A DNA stretch of 64,000 nt from a bacterium (GCA_035530295.1 DATKVB010000003.1:85110-149109), one strand, 5' to 3'; positions 37,690-47,405 are shown, counted from the stretch's first letter. Translations and numbers: made by a program. The notes: generated from the sequence alone by a model not told the origin.

Positions 37690-37784
37690 GGGCTATCCTT
37701 GTCTGCGGCTGTGATGATGACCAAACGCGGAACGCCACAGGCGTGCCGTCGCGTATCGTGCCGCGTACTATGCTGTATGCAAAA

Positions 37785-37813
37785 AGCGTAGCGCGAATCG
37801 GAGGCGGTTGCAA
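37785..37813 (-). promoter_or_regulatory. candidate sigma70-type promoter for the xdh operon
   Basis: On the minus strand, TTGCAA-17 nt-TACGCT about 95 nt upstream of the xdh small-subunit ATG, within the 193-bp gap after ade. By eye only. Confidence 0.25.
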
Positions 37814-37882
37814 TGAGGAATGATTTGACTGTCTTGCACGGGGTGGAGTACCGGGGGCGCCGCCGGATTCGGCCAGAACGGA

Positions 37883-39619
37883 TCAAGATCCTTTGAACAA
37901 TGGTACCATCTTGAACAAATCCACATCGACGAGTCCCTTGTCGGTAATCTTCAGGGCAGGAATTACCGGAAGGGCCATGAAAGAGAGCGTCATCAGGGGC
38001 GAATCGCCCGGAATGCCCTCGCTGGCAAAGAAATCCTCAAAAGCTGACAGTCGTTCTATTACAATGGCCGCGGGTTCGTCACTCATCAGGCCGGCGACTG
38101 GCAGGGCGAGTTCGGCTAGAACCTCGTCGCCGTCCGTGACCACATAGCCGCCCTTCATAGCGTTGAGACGCCTCGCGGCCTTGAATATCGAGCTGTCATC
38201 GACACCCGCGATTATCATGTTGTGCGAGTCGTGGCTGACCGTAGAACCGATGGCGCCGCGCTTGAGCTTGAGCCCGCGTATGAAGCCCTTGCCTATCGAG
38301 CCTGAGCCGGTATGGCGTTCTATGACGAATATTTTGACTATATCGCGGTCGAGATCGGAAACGCACAGGCCATCAACCACCTTTGGCCGCGCAAAGGAGG
38401 CCGTTGTTATGATGGAGCCAGGCGTCGACTCGATGACGCGGGCCAGTCCGCCTTCGTCGGGAATGCGGAAGTCCTTCTCTTCGAGCCACTTGATGTTGAC
38501 GGAGTCACGGAGCGGCGGCGCGACGATTGAGCCGCCAAGTGCGTCGTATCCCGCGGTGCGGACGCCGTTCTCCGCTATCGCGATGCCTGCCTTGAAGACA
38601 AGCTCAGCATTGAAGGCGAGCGGGTCGGAGAACACGACCAGGTCGGCCTTGTAGCCTGGAGCTATCGCTCCCGTGCGCCTGAGACCGTAGTACAGGGCCG
38701 GATTGTGGCTGGCCATCCGCAGCACATCCATGAAGGGCACGCCGCCGGAAACCAGCGACCGCACCGCCGCGTCGATATGGCCCTCTGTGGCTATGTCGTT
38801 GGGGTGGCGGTCATCGGTGCAGAGCATCATGCGGCGGATTGTCTCATGATTCATCGCCGGAATCAGGTGCTCGAGGTCCCTGGCGCTTGAACCCATACGC
38901 GCCATGATCCACATGCCCTTGCCGAGTTTGCTCAAGGCCTCTTCAGGCGTAGTCGCCTCATGGTCGCTGCGTATGCCAGAGAGCGCATACGCGGACAGAT
39001 CGCGGCCCGAGAGTCCAGGAGCGTGACCATCTATGGCCTTGCCAGCTTCCCAGAACAGCGAGATCTTGTCCAAGACCCGGGGGTCTGCCGACAACACTCC
39101 AGGATAGTTCATCACCTCGCCCAGGCCAAGGACACGCTCCTCGCGGGCGAAGCGCGCAAGATCAGATGCGAACAGCGCTGCTCCGGCGGTATCAAACCCC
39201 GTTGCCGGAACGCATGAAGGCACCATCATGTACACGTCGAGCGGTATGCCGTCCGACGCGCGGAGCATCCAGTTTATGCCATCGTGACCAAGGACATTGG
39301 CTATCTCGTGCGGGTCGGCAATTATCGCCGTGGTGCCACGGGGACATACCATCCGGGAGAACTCGACCGGCGTCAGCAGGCTTGATTCTATATGCACATG
39401 CGCATCGATAAGCCCGGGGCAGACATAGCGGCCACCGAGGCTCCTGGTCGCTCTGGCTTCGAGCCCATCATTGATGCCGACTATATAGCCCCGGTATATG
39501 GAGACCGTGACCGCATCGAGTATGGTGCCGCGGAAGAAGTCCACGACCCTACAGTCGGTGAGATTGAGGTCCGCGGGAGTGCGTCCCCGGGCAACGTCGA
39601 TATAGTCGGTTTTAAGCAT
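37883..39619 (-). CDS. ade: adenine deaminase
   Basis: 578 aa. PGLIDAHVHIESSLLTP, ADPHEIANV, VSHDSHNMII, and C-terminal FMALPVIPALKITDKGL, matching the remembered E. coli Ade layout. Confidence 0.9.
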   Translation of the reverse strand: MLKTDYIDVARGRTPADLNLTDCRVVDFFRGTILDAVTVSIYRGYIVGINDGLEARATRSLGGRYVCPGLIDAHVHIESSLLTPVEFSRMVCPRGTTAIIADPHEIANVLGHDGINWMLRASDGIPLDVYMMVPSCVPATGFDTAGAALFASDLARFAREERVLGLGEVMNYPGVLSADPRVLDKISLFWEAGKAIDGHAPGLSGRDLSAYALSGIRSDHEATTPEEALSKLGKGMWIMARMGSSARDLEHLIPAMNHETIRRMMLCTDDRHPNDIATEGHIDAAVRSLVSGGVPFMDVLRMASHNPALYYGLRRTGAIAPGYKADLVVFSDPLAFNAELVFKAGIAIAENGVRTAGYDALGGSIVAPPLRDSVNIKWLEEKDFRIPDEGGLARVIESTPGSIITTASFARPKVVDGLCVSDLDRDIVKIFVIERHTGSGSIGKGFIRGLKLKRGAIGSTVSHDSHNMIIAGVDDSSIFKAARRLNAMKGGYVVTDGDEVLAELALPVAGLMSDEPAAIVIERLSAFEDFFASEGIPGDSPLMTLSFMALPVIPALKITDKGLVDVDLFKMVPLFKGS

Positions 39620-39858
39620 TGCTGGTCACATCGAGCCCGAGGGTTCGGGCAGCCGCTATTGTTACCGGCTTTTTGAATCTTGTCAAACCGATTCTTCTGG
39701 AACGGAACCATGACAGGATCACGTGCCAAATATTGAAGAAAAAGAAATTTGTTGCCAAAAATGATATCGCGGCGTAGTCTCTTGGCGATTGTACGCCTCG
39801 TATTTTTATGGAAATCGCATCCGGGAGGCGGAACAAAATCACACAAGGAGGCTGAAAA

Positions 39859-41145
39859 GTGGAACAGCTTTTCAAACTGAAGGCTCATGGCACTACGGTA
39901 AGGACCGAGATCATGGCCGGCATAACTACGTTCATGACCATGGCGTATATCCTGGCGGTCAACCCGGGAATCCTGAGCGCGACCGGCATGCCTGCCGGCG
40001 GCATCTTCACGGCAACCGCGTTGGCTTCGCTGATAGCGACCGTGATGATGGCCCTGCTCGCCAACCTGCCAATAGCGCTTGCCCCAGGCATGGGACTCAA
40101 CGCGTTCTTCGCGTTCACGGTCGTGCTGGGTATGGGCTACCCCTGGCAGCTCGCGCTGACCGCGGTCTTTGTTGAAGGCATCATCTTCATCCTGATGTCG
40201 TTCTTCAACATACGCGAGGCCATCGTCAAGTCGATACCCAAGAACATCAAAAACGCCGTATCAGTCGGTATCGGCCTGTTCATCGCGTTCATCGGCCTGC
40301 AGAACGCCGGCATAATCGCCAACAATGACGCGACGCTCGTAAGCCTTGGCAACATCACCAAGGGCCCCGCGCTGGTCGCTATCATTGGCCTCGTGCTTAC
40401 TGGCGTGCTGCTGGCCTTCAGGGTCAAGGGCGCGCTGCTCATCGGTATCATCGCCACCACGATCGTCGGCATACCGTTCGGCGTTACCACGGTACCGAAG
40501 GGCTGGAATCCTGTCAGCATGCCCGCCGCGCCCCTGTTGTTCCAATTCCAGTTTGACAAGATATTTACGCTCGACTTCGTTGTCGTGATGTTCACGTTCC
40601 TGTTTGTCGACATATTCGACACGATAGGCACACTGGTCGGCGTCACGACGCAGGCTGGCATCATCGGCAAGAACGGCGATATTCCAAAGGTCAAGCAGGC
40701 ATTGCTGTCCGACGCGGTCGGCACTGTCGTCGGAGCCTGCCTTGGTACCTCAACGGTTACCTCGTATGTCGAGAGCGCCGCCGGCGTCGCCGAGGGCGGC
40801 CGCACTGGCCTGACGTCGCTGACCACCGGACTCCTCTTCGGAGTGGCCCTGTTCCTGTCGCCACTCTTCCTGCTGGTCCCTGGCGCCGCTACGGCACCTG
40901 CCTTGATACTGGTCGGATTGTTCATGTTGAGCCCGGTCAAGGAACTGGACCTGACTGACTTCACCGAGGCGATTCCCGCGTTCCTCACCATCGTCATGAT
41001 GCCGCTGTCGTACAGCATCGCCGAGGGCCTGGTCTTTGGTATCCTGTCATACATCTTCCTCAAGGCCATCACCGGCAAGTTCAAGGACATCACGGTGACA
41101 ACCTGGATAGTGGGCTTCTTCTTCATACTGAAGCACATCCTGTAA
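39859..41145 (+). CDS. NCS2/AzgA-family purine (adenine/hypoxanthine/guanine) permease
   Basis: 428 aa. N-terminus FKLKAHGTTVRTEIMAGITTFMTMAYILAVNPGIL is diagnostic of AzgA/PurP-type permeases. GTG start is preceded by AAGGAGG. Confidence 0.9.
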   Translation: MEQLFKLKAHGTTVRTEIMAGITTFMTMAYILAVNPGILSATGMPAGGIFTATALASLIATVMMALLANLPIALAPGMGLNAFFAFTVVLGMGYPWQLALTAVFVEGIIFILMSFFNIREAIVKSIPKNIKNAVSVGIGLFIAFIGLQNAGIIANNDATLVSLGNITKGPALVAIIGLVLTGVLLAFRVKGALLIGIIATTIVGIPFGVTTVPKGWNPVSMPAAPLLFQFQFDKIFTLDFVVVMFTFLFVDIFDTIGTLVGVTTQAGIIGKNGDIPKVKQALLSDAVGTVVGACLGTSTVTSYVESAAGVAEGGRTGLTSLTTGLLFGVALFLSPLFLLVPGAATAPALILVGLFMLSPVKELDLTDFTEAIPAFLTIVMMPLSYSIAEGLVFGILSYIFLKAITGKFKDITVTTWIVGFFFILKHIL

Positions 41146-41234
41146 GGCACATGTAGCGTGAGCAAGCAACAGGGTCGCCCGGGCACCGCGTGGTGTCCAG
41201 ACGACCCTGTCTCGCATCCGTTATGACGGCGGGT

Positions 41235-42320
41235 TCAGTCCTGGATCTTGTTCTTGACGTCGTGGTATGAGCCCATCATGATTGACGCTGGCTCAAGCCC
41301 GGGCACGTTTTCGCATACTATCTTGACAATCACCGTCATGGGTACCGCCAGCACGAGCCCCCCGAAGCCCCACAGCCATCCCCATGCTGACAGCGATACG
41401 AGTATCACGAACGGCGACAGTCCGAGATTCTGGCCCTGCACGCGCGGCTCGACGATATTGCCCAGTATCATGTTGACGGAGAGCATCGTCGCGGCGACTC
41501 CGATGATAGGCGCTGGATGTGGCCAGAACTGAACCATAGCAAAGATTGTGGCCAGGGCTCCGCTGAATATGGAGCCAATGTTCGGGATGAAGTTCAGTAT
41601 GAAGGCTATGACGCCCCAGATGATGGGAAAATCGAGGCCGATGATGGCCAGAATCCCGCCTACCAGCAAACCGGTCGCCAGGCTTATGAAGAACTTGACG
41701 CTCAGGTAGCGAGCAACCTGCTTGATGACGTCGGCCGTGATGCGCTGGATCCTGGTGGACATGATGCCATGGAAGGCCAGTTCAATACGGTCCCTGAAGT
41801 GACCGATCTCCAAGAGCAAGAATACGACAAACAGGATCACCATAACCGTGTTCGTGAGAAAGCTCAGGAACGATTCCGATGTCGATAACATCATCGATTG
41901 CACGCGGGTCCGTACGCCGAGCTGACCCCACAGGTTCTGGAACAGGCTGCGATGTTCGTCGTATGGCAGGTTGAAGGCCTTGGCAACCAGCTGGTACAGT
42001 TCTGTAAATCGTGCTTCGTACTTGGGATACAGGGTCAGAATCGTCTTGATGCTCTGGAACAGTATGAATCCGACGACGTAGACCCCCGCTGCCACCAGAG
42101 CCACGACTATCACCGCGCCTATGGCCCGAGGAATCTTGATTTTTTCCAGCAGGATTATTACCGGCTCAAGGACGAATGTGAGCAGCACCGAAATGACGAA
42201 AGGCAGAAGCACCGTCGAGGTCAGCTTCATCACGGCACCGGCAAGAACCAGCGCTATGAAGCCGAACAGGAACAGGTTGACGCGCGCGAAGCTCGCGCTG
42301 CGATATCGATCTTCTGCCAT
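41235..42320 (-). CDS. AI-2E family transporter (PerM/UPF0118)
   Basis: 361 aa, about 8 TM helices. Family-typical ILNFIPNIGS and VEPRVQGQNLGLSPFVILVSL...LAVPMT. Confidence 0.8.
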   Translation of the reverse strand: MAEDRYRSASFARVNLFLFGFIALVLAGAVMKLTSTVLLPFVISVLLTFVLEPVIILLEKIKIPRAIGAVIVVALVAAGVYVVGFILFQSIKTILTLYPKYEARFTELYQLVAKAFNLPYDEHRSLFQNLWGQLGVRTRVQSMMLSTSESFLSFLTNTVMVILFVVFLLLEIGHFRDRIELAFHGIMSTRIQRITADVIKQVARYLSVKFFISLATGLLVGGILAIIGLDFPIIWGVIAFILNFIPNIGSIFSGALATIFAMVQFWPHPAPIIGVAATMLSVNMILGNIVEPRVQGQNLGLSPFVILVSLSAWGWLWGFGGLVLAVPMTVIVKIVCENVPGLEPASIMMGSYHDVKNKIQD

Positions 42321-42332
42321 GAATACACCCCG

Positions 42333-43070
42333 CTAGCTTGAACGCTGGACGATCTGCTTGGAGACATACGCCTCACCGCAGCCCGCCAGAACCTTGATCT
42401 TGCCAAGCCAACCCTTGGCTTCCGTCTCCGACAGGTATGGACCAATGCGCACCCGGTACCAAGTAGTACCATCTATGTCCTTGAGCGTTATCAGAGTCGA
42501 CAACCCTTTGGCCGCCAGATCACGCTGCAGGTCGTCAGCCCGCGATCTGCTCGTGAACGCGGCCGCCTGTATCCAGTATTCACTGACCGTCCTCGGCGCC
42601 GTCGGCTTCGCCGCTGGCTGAGCTGTCGCCGGCTTGGCCACGGCCTTGGTGGTCTGGACCGCGGCCGGTTTCGTCGGTGATGACGCTGCCGGAGTATACG
42701 GCTTCTGGATCGCTTGGGTAAGTCCCGCGGCGGGCACTGGCGTGGCTGAGCCATCCGCGGAGCCGGGCAAGGTCGAGGCCGCGGGCTTGTCGCCATAGAC
42801 TATGATGATGTCGGAACCGGTCGCAGGCGCTGGCGTCGGCACAGGTGCCGGCTCGACAGTCTGTACGTAAGCCTCGGGTGATGGACTGCGTGGTGGCGCG
42901 ACCGCCGCGACCGAGGCAGGGGCCCCGGCGGATGAGCCGCGCGGGTAGGCAAGCGCCAGGGCTATTCCCATGGCAACGACGAGTACAATCACGACGGACA
43001 GTACCGTCCATAGAACTTTTCTGGTTTCTACCGGCATAAGGGCCTCCCCACAGACAGCGCTCGATGGCAC
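42333..43070 (-). CDS. SPOR-domain membrane protein with Pro/Ala-rich linker
   Basis: One N-terminal TM helix, a PA-rich spacer, and a C-terminal SPOR fold YWIQAAAFTSRSRADDLQRDLAAKGL...WYRVRIGPYLSETEAKG. Start is ATG 43070 or 43037. Confidence 0.75.
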   Translation of the reverse strand: MPSSAVCGEALMPVETRKVLWTVLSVVIVLVVAMGIALALAYPRGSSAGAPASVAAVAPPRSPSPEAYVQTVEPAPVPTPAPATGSDIIIVYGDKPAASTLPGSADGSATPVPAAGLTQAIQKPYTPAASSPTKPAAVQTTKAVAKPATAQPAAKPTAPRTVSEYWIQAAAFTSRSRADDLQRDLAAKGLSTLITLKDIDGTTWYRVRIGPYLSETEAKGWLGKIKVLAGCGEAYVSKQIVQRSS

Positions 43071-43076
43071 TCTGCT

Positions 43077-43694
43077 TCAAGTATCGGTAGAAGCGAACGG
43101 CCGGTTGAGCGCGGGTATGGCATCGATTCTGGCCAGAGCCTCGTTGATGCGCCCGTCGAGCAGCCAAGGCGAGCCACGGTTCAGAAGGAATACCGTCTTG
43201 TCGGACCAGCGCTTTCCGGCGGCCCCGAGCGGCCGCTGTGACCGCATCCTGCGAAGTATTGCGCATAGACCGAGTCCATCGCGCCTCCTGCCACGACTGA
43301 TCCTCGCGATCAGCGGCGAGCGCACCTCGATGATGCCATCGCAGATCGCCGCGGCTGGCAGGCGGTACAGTATAGCCGCGTCGATGCATACGCGGCTTCC
43401 GGAATCTTCGATCGCCTCCGTGACGAGTCGATTCATGACCGGGTGCACGATGGCCTCGTACCGGGCAAGGAGGGCAGAATCCCCGAAGACCCGCGCGCCT
43501 ATCGCCCGTCTGTCGGGACCGCCATCGCGTGCGCGTATGGCCGGACCCAGCAGAAGCTCCACCGAGTCGAGTGATCGCTCGAGGGCACGGTGTCCCAGCG
43601 CATCGACATCGATGATTGTCCATCCCTGGTCGCGGAGCCTGGCCGCCACCGTGCTCTTGCCAGAGCAGTATCCTCCGGTCAGGCCCAGTATCAA
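43077..43694 (-). CDS. coaE: dephospho-CoA kinase
   Basis: MILGLTGGYCSGKST P-loop at the N-terminus, about 205 aa. 4-nt overlap with the polA stop. Confidence 0.85.
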   Translation of the reverse strand: MILGLTGGYCSGKSTVAARLRDQGWTIIDVDALGHRALERSLDSVELLLGPAIRARDGGPDRRAIGARVFGDSALLARYEAIVHPVMNRLVTEAIEDSGSRVCIDAAILYRLPAAAICDGIIEVRSPLIARISRGRRRDGLGLCAILRRMRSQRPLGAAGKRWSDKTVFLLNRGSPWLLDGRINEALARIDAIPALNRPFASTDT

Positions 43695-46438
43695 TGCATG
43701 TCTCCCCAGGTGTGCGCGACCTCGATCCCGACCCTGAGTGGCACCGAGAGCTCGATGGCGCCTGCCATTGCCTGTTCAATAGCGCGGGCCACCTCGCTGG
43801 CCTGCGCCGCGGGGGACTCCAGTATCAGCTCGTCATGGACCTGAAGCAATATTCTGGATTCGGGGAAGCGCTGTCGCAGCATCGCATCAACCTTGAGCAT
43901 GGCCAGCTTGACGACGTCCGCCGCCGAACCCTGGATCGGCGTATTGACGGCGACGCGCTCGGCGGCCTGTCGCTCGTTGGCGTTTCTGCTGTCTATTGCC
44001 CGTATTGGTCGGCGGCGGCCCAGAATTGTGGAGACATAGCCGTCGCGCCGGGCATGGTCGACGGTCTCGCGGATGAATGTGGCCACGCCGCTATACCTGC
44101 TGAAGTAGGCGTCTATGAATTTCTGCGCCTCGGCGCGCGGTATGCCCAGCTCCTGAGCGAGCCGGAACGCTCCCATGCCGTAGATGATGCCAAAGTTTAT
44201 GGTCTTGGCCGCGCGACGCTCTGATGGCGTTACGTCCGGCTCGGGCTTGCCCAGGATCAGCGCCGCGGTCCTGCGATGAACATCCGCCCCATCGGCGAAG
44301 GCTTTTCTGAGTTCTGTATCGCCCGAAAGGTGGGCAAAGACGACCAGCTCGATCTGGGCATAGTCGGCCGATATCAGAGCCATGCCAGGAGCCGCGATAA
44401 AGGCCTTGCGTATGCGCCGTCCTTCTTCCTCCCGCACCGGGATGTTCTGCAGGTTTGGATCCCGGCTGGACAGGCGACCGGTCGCCGTGCCGGTCTGCAC
44501 GAAGTGTGTCCTGATGCGCGGATCGGTCGCCGATAGCTCGAGGAGCGCGTCGACATAGGTGCTCTTCAGCTTCTGCAGGGTGCGGTGCCTGAGGATGCGC
44601 TCAGGCACCGGATCCTCGCGTGCCAGCTCCTCGAGCACCGATATGTCCGTGCTGAAGCCGGTCTTGGTTTTCTTGCCGGTGCTGAGCTTGCGCTCGACAA
44701 AGAGTATGTCCTGCAGCTGTTTTGGCGAGTTCATGTTGAACTCGTGCCCGACCAAAGCCCAGGTCTGGGCCTGGACGCTGGCCAGCTCGGTGTCCAGTTC
44801 GGCACCGAATGCCGTCAGGGAGTGGCGGTCAACCAGTATGCCTTCGCGCTCCATGCGGGCCAGCAACGACAGCACCGGCATCTCCACGCTGGCGAACAGC
44901 TCGGACAGGCCCTTGGCGGCCATTTCCTGCTCAAGCACGACTTTGAGCCTCAGCACCATGTACGCGTCTTCCGCTCCGTATGGCGCGGCCTTTCCTATGG
45001 GCACCTCGGAGAAGACGGTTCCCTTGGGCGCGACATCGGTGTATGGCGTGCCTCCAAAGCCCAGGTATGCCTCGCCCAGGTTCTCGAGCTTCAGCGAGTC
45101 GCGCTCAGGGTCTACAAGCCAGGCGGCCAGCATCGTATCCCATGGAGTGCAACGGATTGGCGCTCCCCAGTTCTCCATGATGTGCATATCGAACTTGATA
45201 TTCTGCCCGACAATGACGATGTCCGCCCTGCCGAGCAGCGGGGCGACCAGGCGCCTTGCCTCCGCCTCGGGCATGCACGACGCATCCGGCGATACAAGCG
45301 GCACATAACAGGCCGCGCCTGCGTCGACGGCGATGGAGAAGCCAACCGGCGTGGCATGCATCTCGTCGAGCGAATCGGTCTCACAGTCGAACGCGAATAT
45401 GCCGGCTCGTTGCGCCACCTCCACCCAGCGGGAGAGCGCCGCCTCATCGAGCACGATCTCGCAGGTCCCCGCCTCCGAGAACGCGGCAGGGACCATGGGC
45501 CTGCCTGACGCTGCCTCCGGTTCGAAGAGTTCTGGCGGCGCGCTTGGCCGTCTCGCCTGACTGGCGCCTTCCTTGCCGACCCTGGCCGTGGCCAGACTCT
45601 TCATGCCTTCGCGCAGGAAGACATCATTGGCCGCGTCACGCTTCAATGACGAAACCTGCAATTCATCGAGCGATGCCACGCCGATCGGCGCGTCATAGGC
45701 CAAGGTAATAAGGCTTCGTGACAGCATGGCGCTGTCACGGCCCGCTTCCAGTTTCTTTTTAAGGCTCTCGGGCCGCACTTCGGCAAGGTGTTCCCATATC
45801 GAGTCGAACGACCCGAACTCGGCGAGCAGCTTGAGCGCCGTCTTGTCGCCGACGCCTGGAACGCCGGGAACATTGTCCGACGCATCTCCTGTCAGCGACA
45901 GGTAGTCCAGTATCCGGTCCGGTGATACGCCCCATTCTGCCTCGACCTCCGATGGCCCCACGATGACGAAGCCCTGGTCGCGGTCCGGCCTGAGAGCCCG
46001 CACCGTGCCTCCGACGAGCTGCAGGAGGTCCTTGTCAGACGAGACTATGTAGCATTGCCTGCCTTCGGCGCGGCAGCGTGCCGCTATGGTCGCGATGATG
46101 TCGTCGGCCTCGTACCGGTCGGCGCGCAGCAGCGGCACGCCGAGCAGGCCCAATATTTCTTCTACAAGTGGAATCTGGGCGTGCAGGTCTTCGGGGGTCT
46201 TCTGTCTCGTCGCCTTGTAGGCATCGAACATCTCGTGCCTGAATGTCGGCACCATTGAATCGAAGACAGCGACAAGTGCGGCTGGTTTGAACTGCTCCCA
46301 GAGCTGAAACAGGCTTCGGTAGAAGCCAAACACGGCGGAGACGTTGTCGCCACGGGGGTTGCGGAGTGGTTTGGATATGAACGCGAAGTATGAACGGTAG
46401 ATGATGCCATAGGCATCGAGAAGGAAGAGGGGTTCCAT
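43691..46438 (-). CDS. polA: DNA polymerase I
   Basis: 915 aa. N-terminal 5'-3' exonuclease domain, then polymerase motifs A (SADYAQIELVVFAHLS), B (RRAAKTINFGIIYG) and C (QVHDELILE). Confidence 0.95.
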   Translation of the reverse strand: MEPLFLLDAYGIIYRSYFAFISKPLRNPRGDNVSAVFGFYRSLFQLWEQFKPAALVAVFDSMVPTFRHEMFDAYKATRQKTPEDLHAQIPLVEEILGLLGVPLLRADRYEADDIIATIAARCRAEGRQCYIVSSDKDLLQLVGGTVRALRPDRDQGFVIVGPSEVEAEWGVSPDRILDYLSLTGDASDNVPGVPGVGDKTALKLLAEFGSFDSIWEHLAEVRPESLKKKLEAGRDSAMLSRSLITLAYDAPIGVASLDELQVSSLKRDAANDVFLREGMKSLATARVGKEGASQARRPSAPPELFEPEAASGRPMVPAAFSEAGTCEIVLDEAALSRWVEVAQRAGIFAFDCETDSLDEMHATPVGFSIAVDAGAACYVPLVSPDASCMPEAEARRLVAPLLGRADIVIVGQNIKFDMHIMENWGAPIRCTPWDTMLAAWLVDPERDSLKLENLGEAYLGFGGTPYTDVAPKGTVFSEVPIGKAAPYGAEDAYMVLRLKVVLEQEMAAKGLSELFASVEMPVLSLLARMEREGILVDRHSLTAFGAELDTELASVQAQTWALVGHEFNMNSPKQLQDILFVERKLSTGKKTKTGFSTDISVLEELAREDPVPERILRHRTLQKLKSTYVDALLELSATDPRIRTHFVQTGTATGRLSSRDPNLQNIPVREEEGRRIRKAFIAAPGMALISADYAQIELVVFAHLSGDTELRKAFADGADVHRRTAALILGKPEPDVTPSERRAAKTINFGIIYGMGAFRLAQELGIPRAEAQKFIDAYFSRYSGVATFIRETVDHARRDGYVSTILGRRRPIRAIDSRNANERQAAERVAVNTPIQGSAADVVKLAMLKVDAMLRQRFPESRILLQVHDELILESPAAQASEVARAIEQAMAGAIELSVPLRVGIEVAHTWGDMH

Positions 46439-46485
46439 GCCAGTAGCATACGCCCAAGCGCCGCTCCAGGCAAGCGAGGTAGTGC

Positions 46486-46962
46486 TCAGCCCTTGATGTC
46501 CAGTGCGCTTGGCTCGGCGGCAGACGAGTAGACGCTGCGCCGCTTGGTATACGGGTTGCTGACGGTCATGATCTCGTGGCGCAACATGTCCATACGCTGC
46601 TTGAGGAGAGCCCGATTCTCGGCATTGCGGGTGACCACCTCGTCCTTCAGCGTCGACAGCGTTGACTTGAGTTCGGCGACTCCTTCCGGCTCCGAGCCGG
46701 AGTACGCCGCGCGGTACATGTCTTCCAGCGGCTCCAGTACCTTCTGGACGGAGAAAATTTCAGAGACGATTCCTTGTTCAACTTCGACGTGTGTGACCAA
46801 CGCATCGACATCGCCCTTTTCTATGTCGGAGCGTTGCCGTTCGAGCAGTGCCATGTAGTCATTGAACTTGTCACGCTGCCGTACGAGGAGCTCGCGAAAA
46901 CGCCTGAGGACGGCGACCCGTTGGTCCAGTTCTTCTCTTGACAGGTGACCGTCTGCTGGCAT
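46486..46962 (-). CDS. hypothetical coiled-coil protein, possibly FlgN-like flagellar chaperone
   Basis: About 158 aa from ATG 46962, 9 nt after the fliS stop. Helical heptad-rich sequence. The functional guess rests on position downstream of fliS only. Confidence 0.35.
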   Translation of the reverse strand: MPADGHLSREELDQRVAVLRRFRELLVRQRDKFNDYMALLERQRSDIEKGDVDALVTHVEVEQGIVSEIFSVQKVLEPLEDMYRAAYSGSEPEGVAELKSTLSTLKDEVVTRNAENRALLKQRMDMLRHEIMTVSNPYTKRRSVYSSAAEPSALDIKG

Positions 46963-46970
46963 GATGGCGC

Positions 46971-47405
46971 CTAACCGGCTATGTTGACGCCAGAACGTCG
47001 TTCGTCGCCCGAACCCTGAGCCTTGGTTGCCGCGACGGCCCACGCGGAGGATAGCTCCGAGAGCATGCCGCGCACCGATTTGACCCTGCCGATGTCCTTG
47101 ACTATGTTGGCCTCGGTAAGCTCGCGGTTGAAGAAGACGTACAGCGAGAAGAGATCGCGCGCTATGTCGCCGCCGGCCTCGAAGTCGAGGCTCGCCATCA
47201 GCTCGGTAACGATGTCGTGTACCTTGCCCAAAGCCTGGTTTATCTTCTCTATGTTGGCCGGTTTCTTCTTCAAGTCAGTGTCGAGGAACTCGATGGCGCG
47301 ATCACACTGTTTGACCGCTTCCTCGTAAAGCATGACGATAAGCTGGCCTGGACCAGCCGTTCGTACGCGCGTTTCCCTGTATGCTGCAAGCGGATTATGG
47401 GTCAT
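46971..47405 (-). CDS. fliS: flagellar export chaperone FliS
   Basis: 144 aa from ATG 47405, with GAGGAGGGG upstream. AYRETRVRTAGPGQLIVMLYEEAVK... and DIARDLFSLYVFFNRELTEANI match the FliS four-helix pattern. Confidence 0.8.
   Translation of the reverse strand: MTHNPLAAYRETRVRTAGPGQLIVMLYEEAVKQCDRAIEFLDTDLKKKPANIEKINQALGKVHDIVTELMASLDFEAGGDIARDLFSLYVFFNRELTEANIVKDIGRVKSVRGMLSELSSAWAVAATKAQGSGDERRSGVNIAG

Noticed and set aside
37690-37882. Sigma54 (-24/-12) promoter upstream of the xdh operon, expected by analogy with the E. coli ygeV regulon
   Set aside because: The best candidate around ...cgctacgctttttgca... lacks the GG of the -24 element (3/6 match). No sigma54 activator gene is in the window.
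39620-39858. Classical purine (guanine/adenine) riboswitch upstream of the purine permease or ade, and in 37690-37882 upstream of xdh
   Set aside because: I searched both strands by eye for the conserved junction and loop sequences (UAUAAU, AUAUGG, UUUCUACC, CCGUAAA, ACUAU). None is present.
41170-41209. Bidirectional terminator between the purine permease and the AI-2E transporter
   Set aside because: An 8-bp stem (cagggtcg/cgaccctg) with a long, partly paired loop is visible. No U-tract follows on either strand, so this is too weak to call.
42580-43779. 399-aa minus-strand ORF overlapping the SPOR and coaE genes
   Set aside because: It is an out-of-frame overlap with two recognisable genes. 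The product is extremely Arg/Gly-rich (RRRGR-type), a GC-bias artefact.
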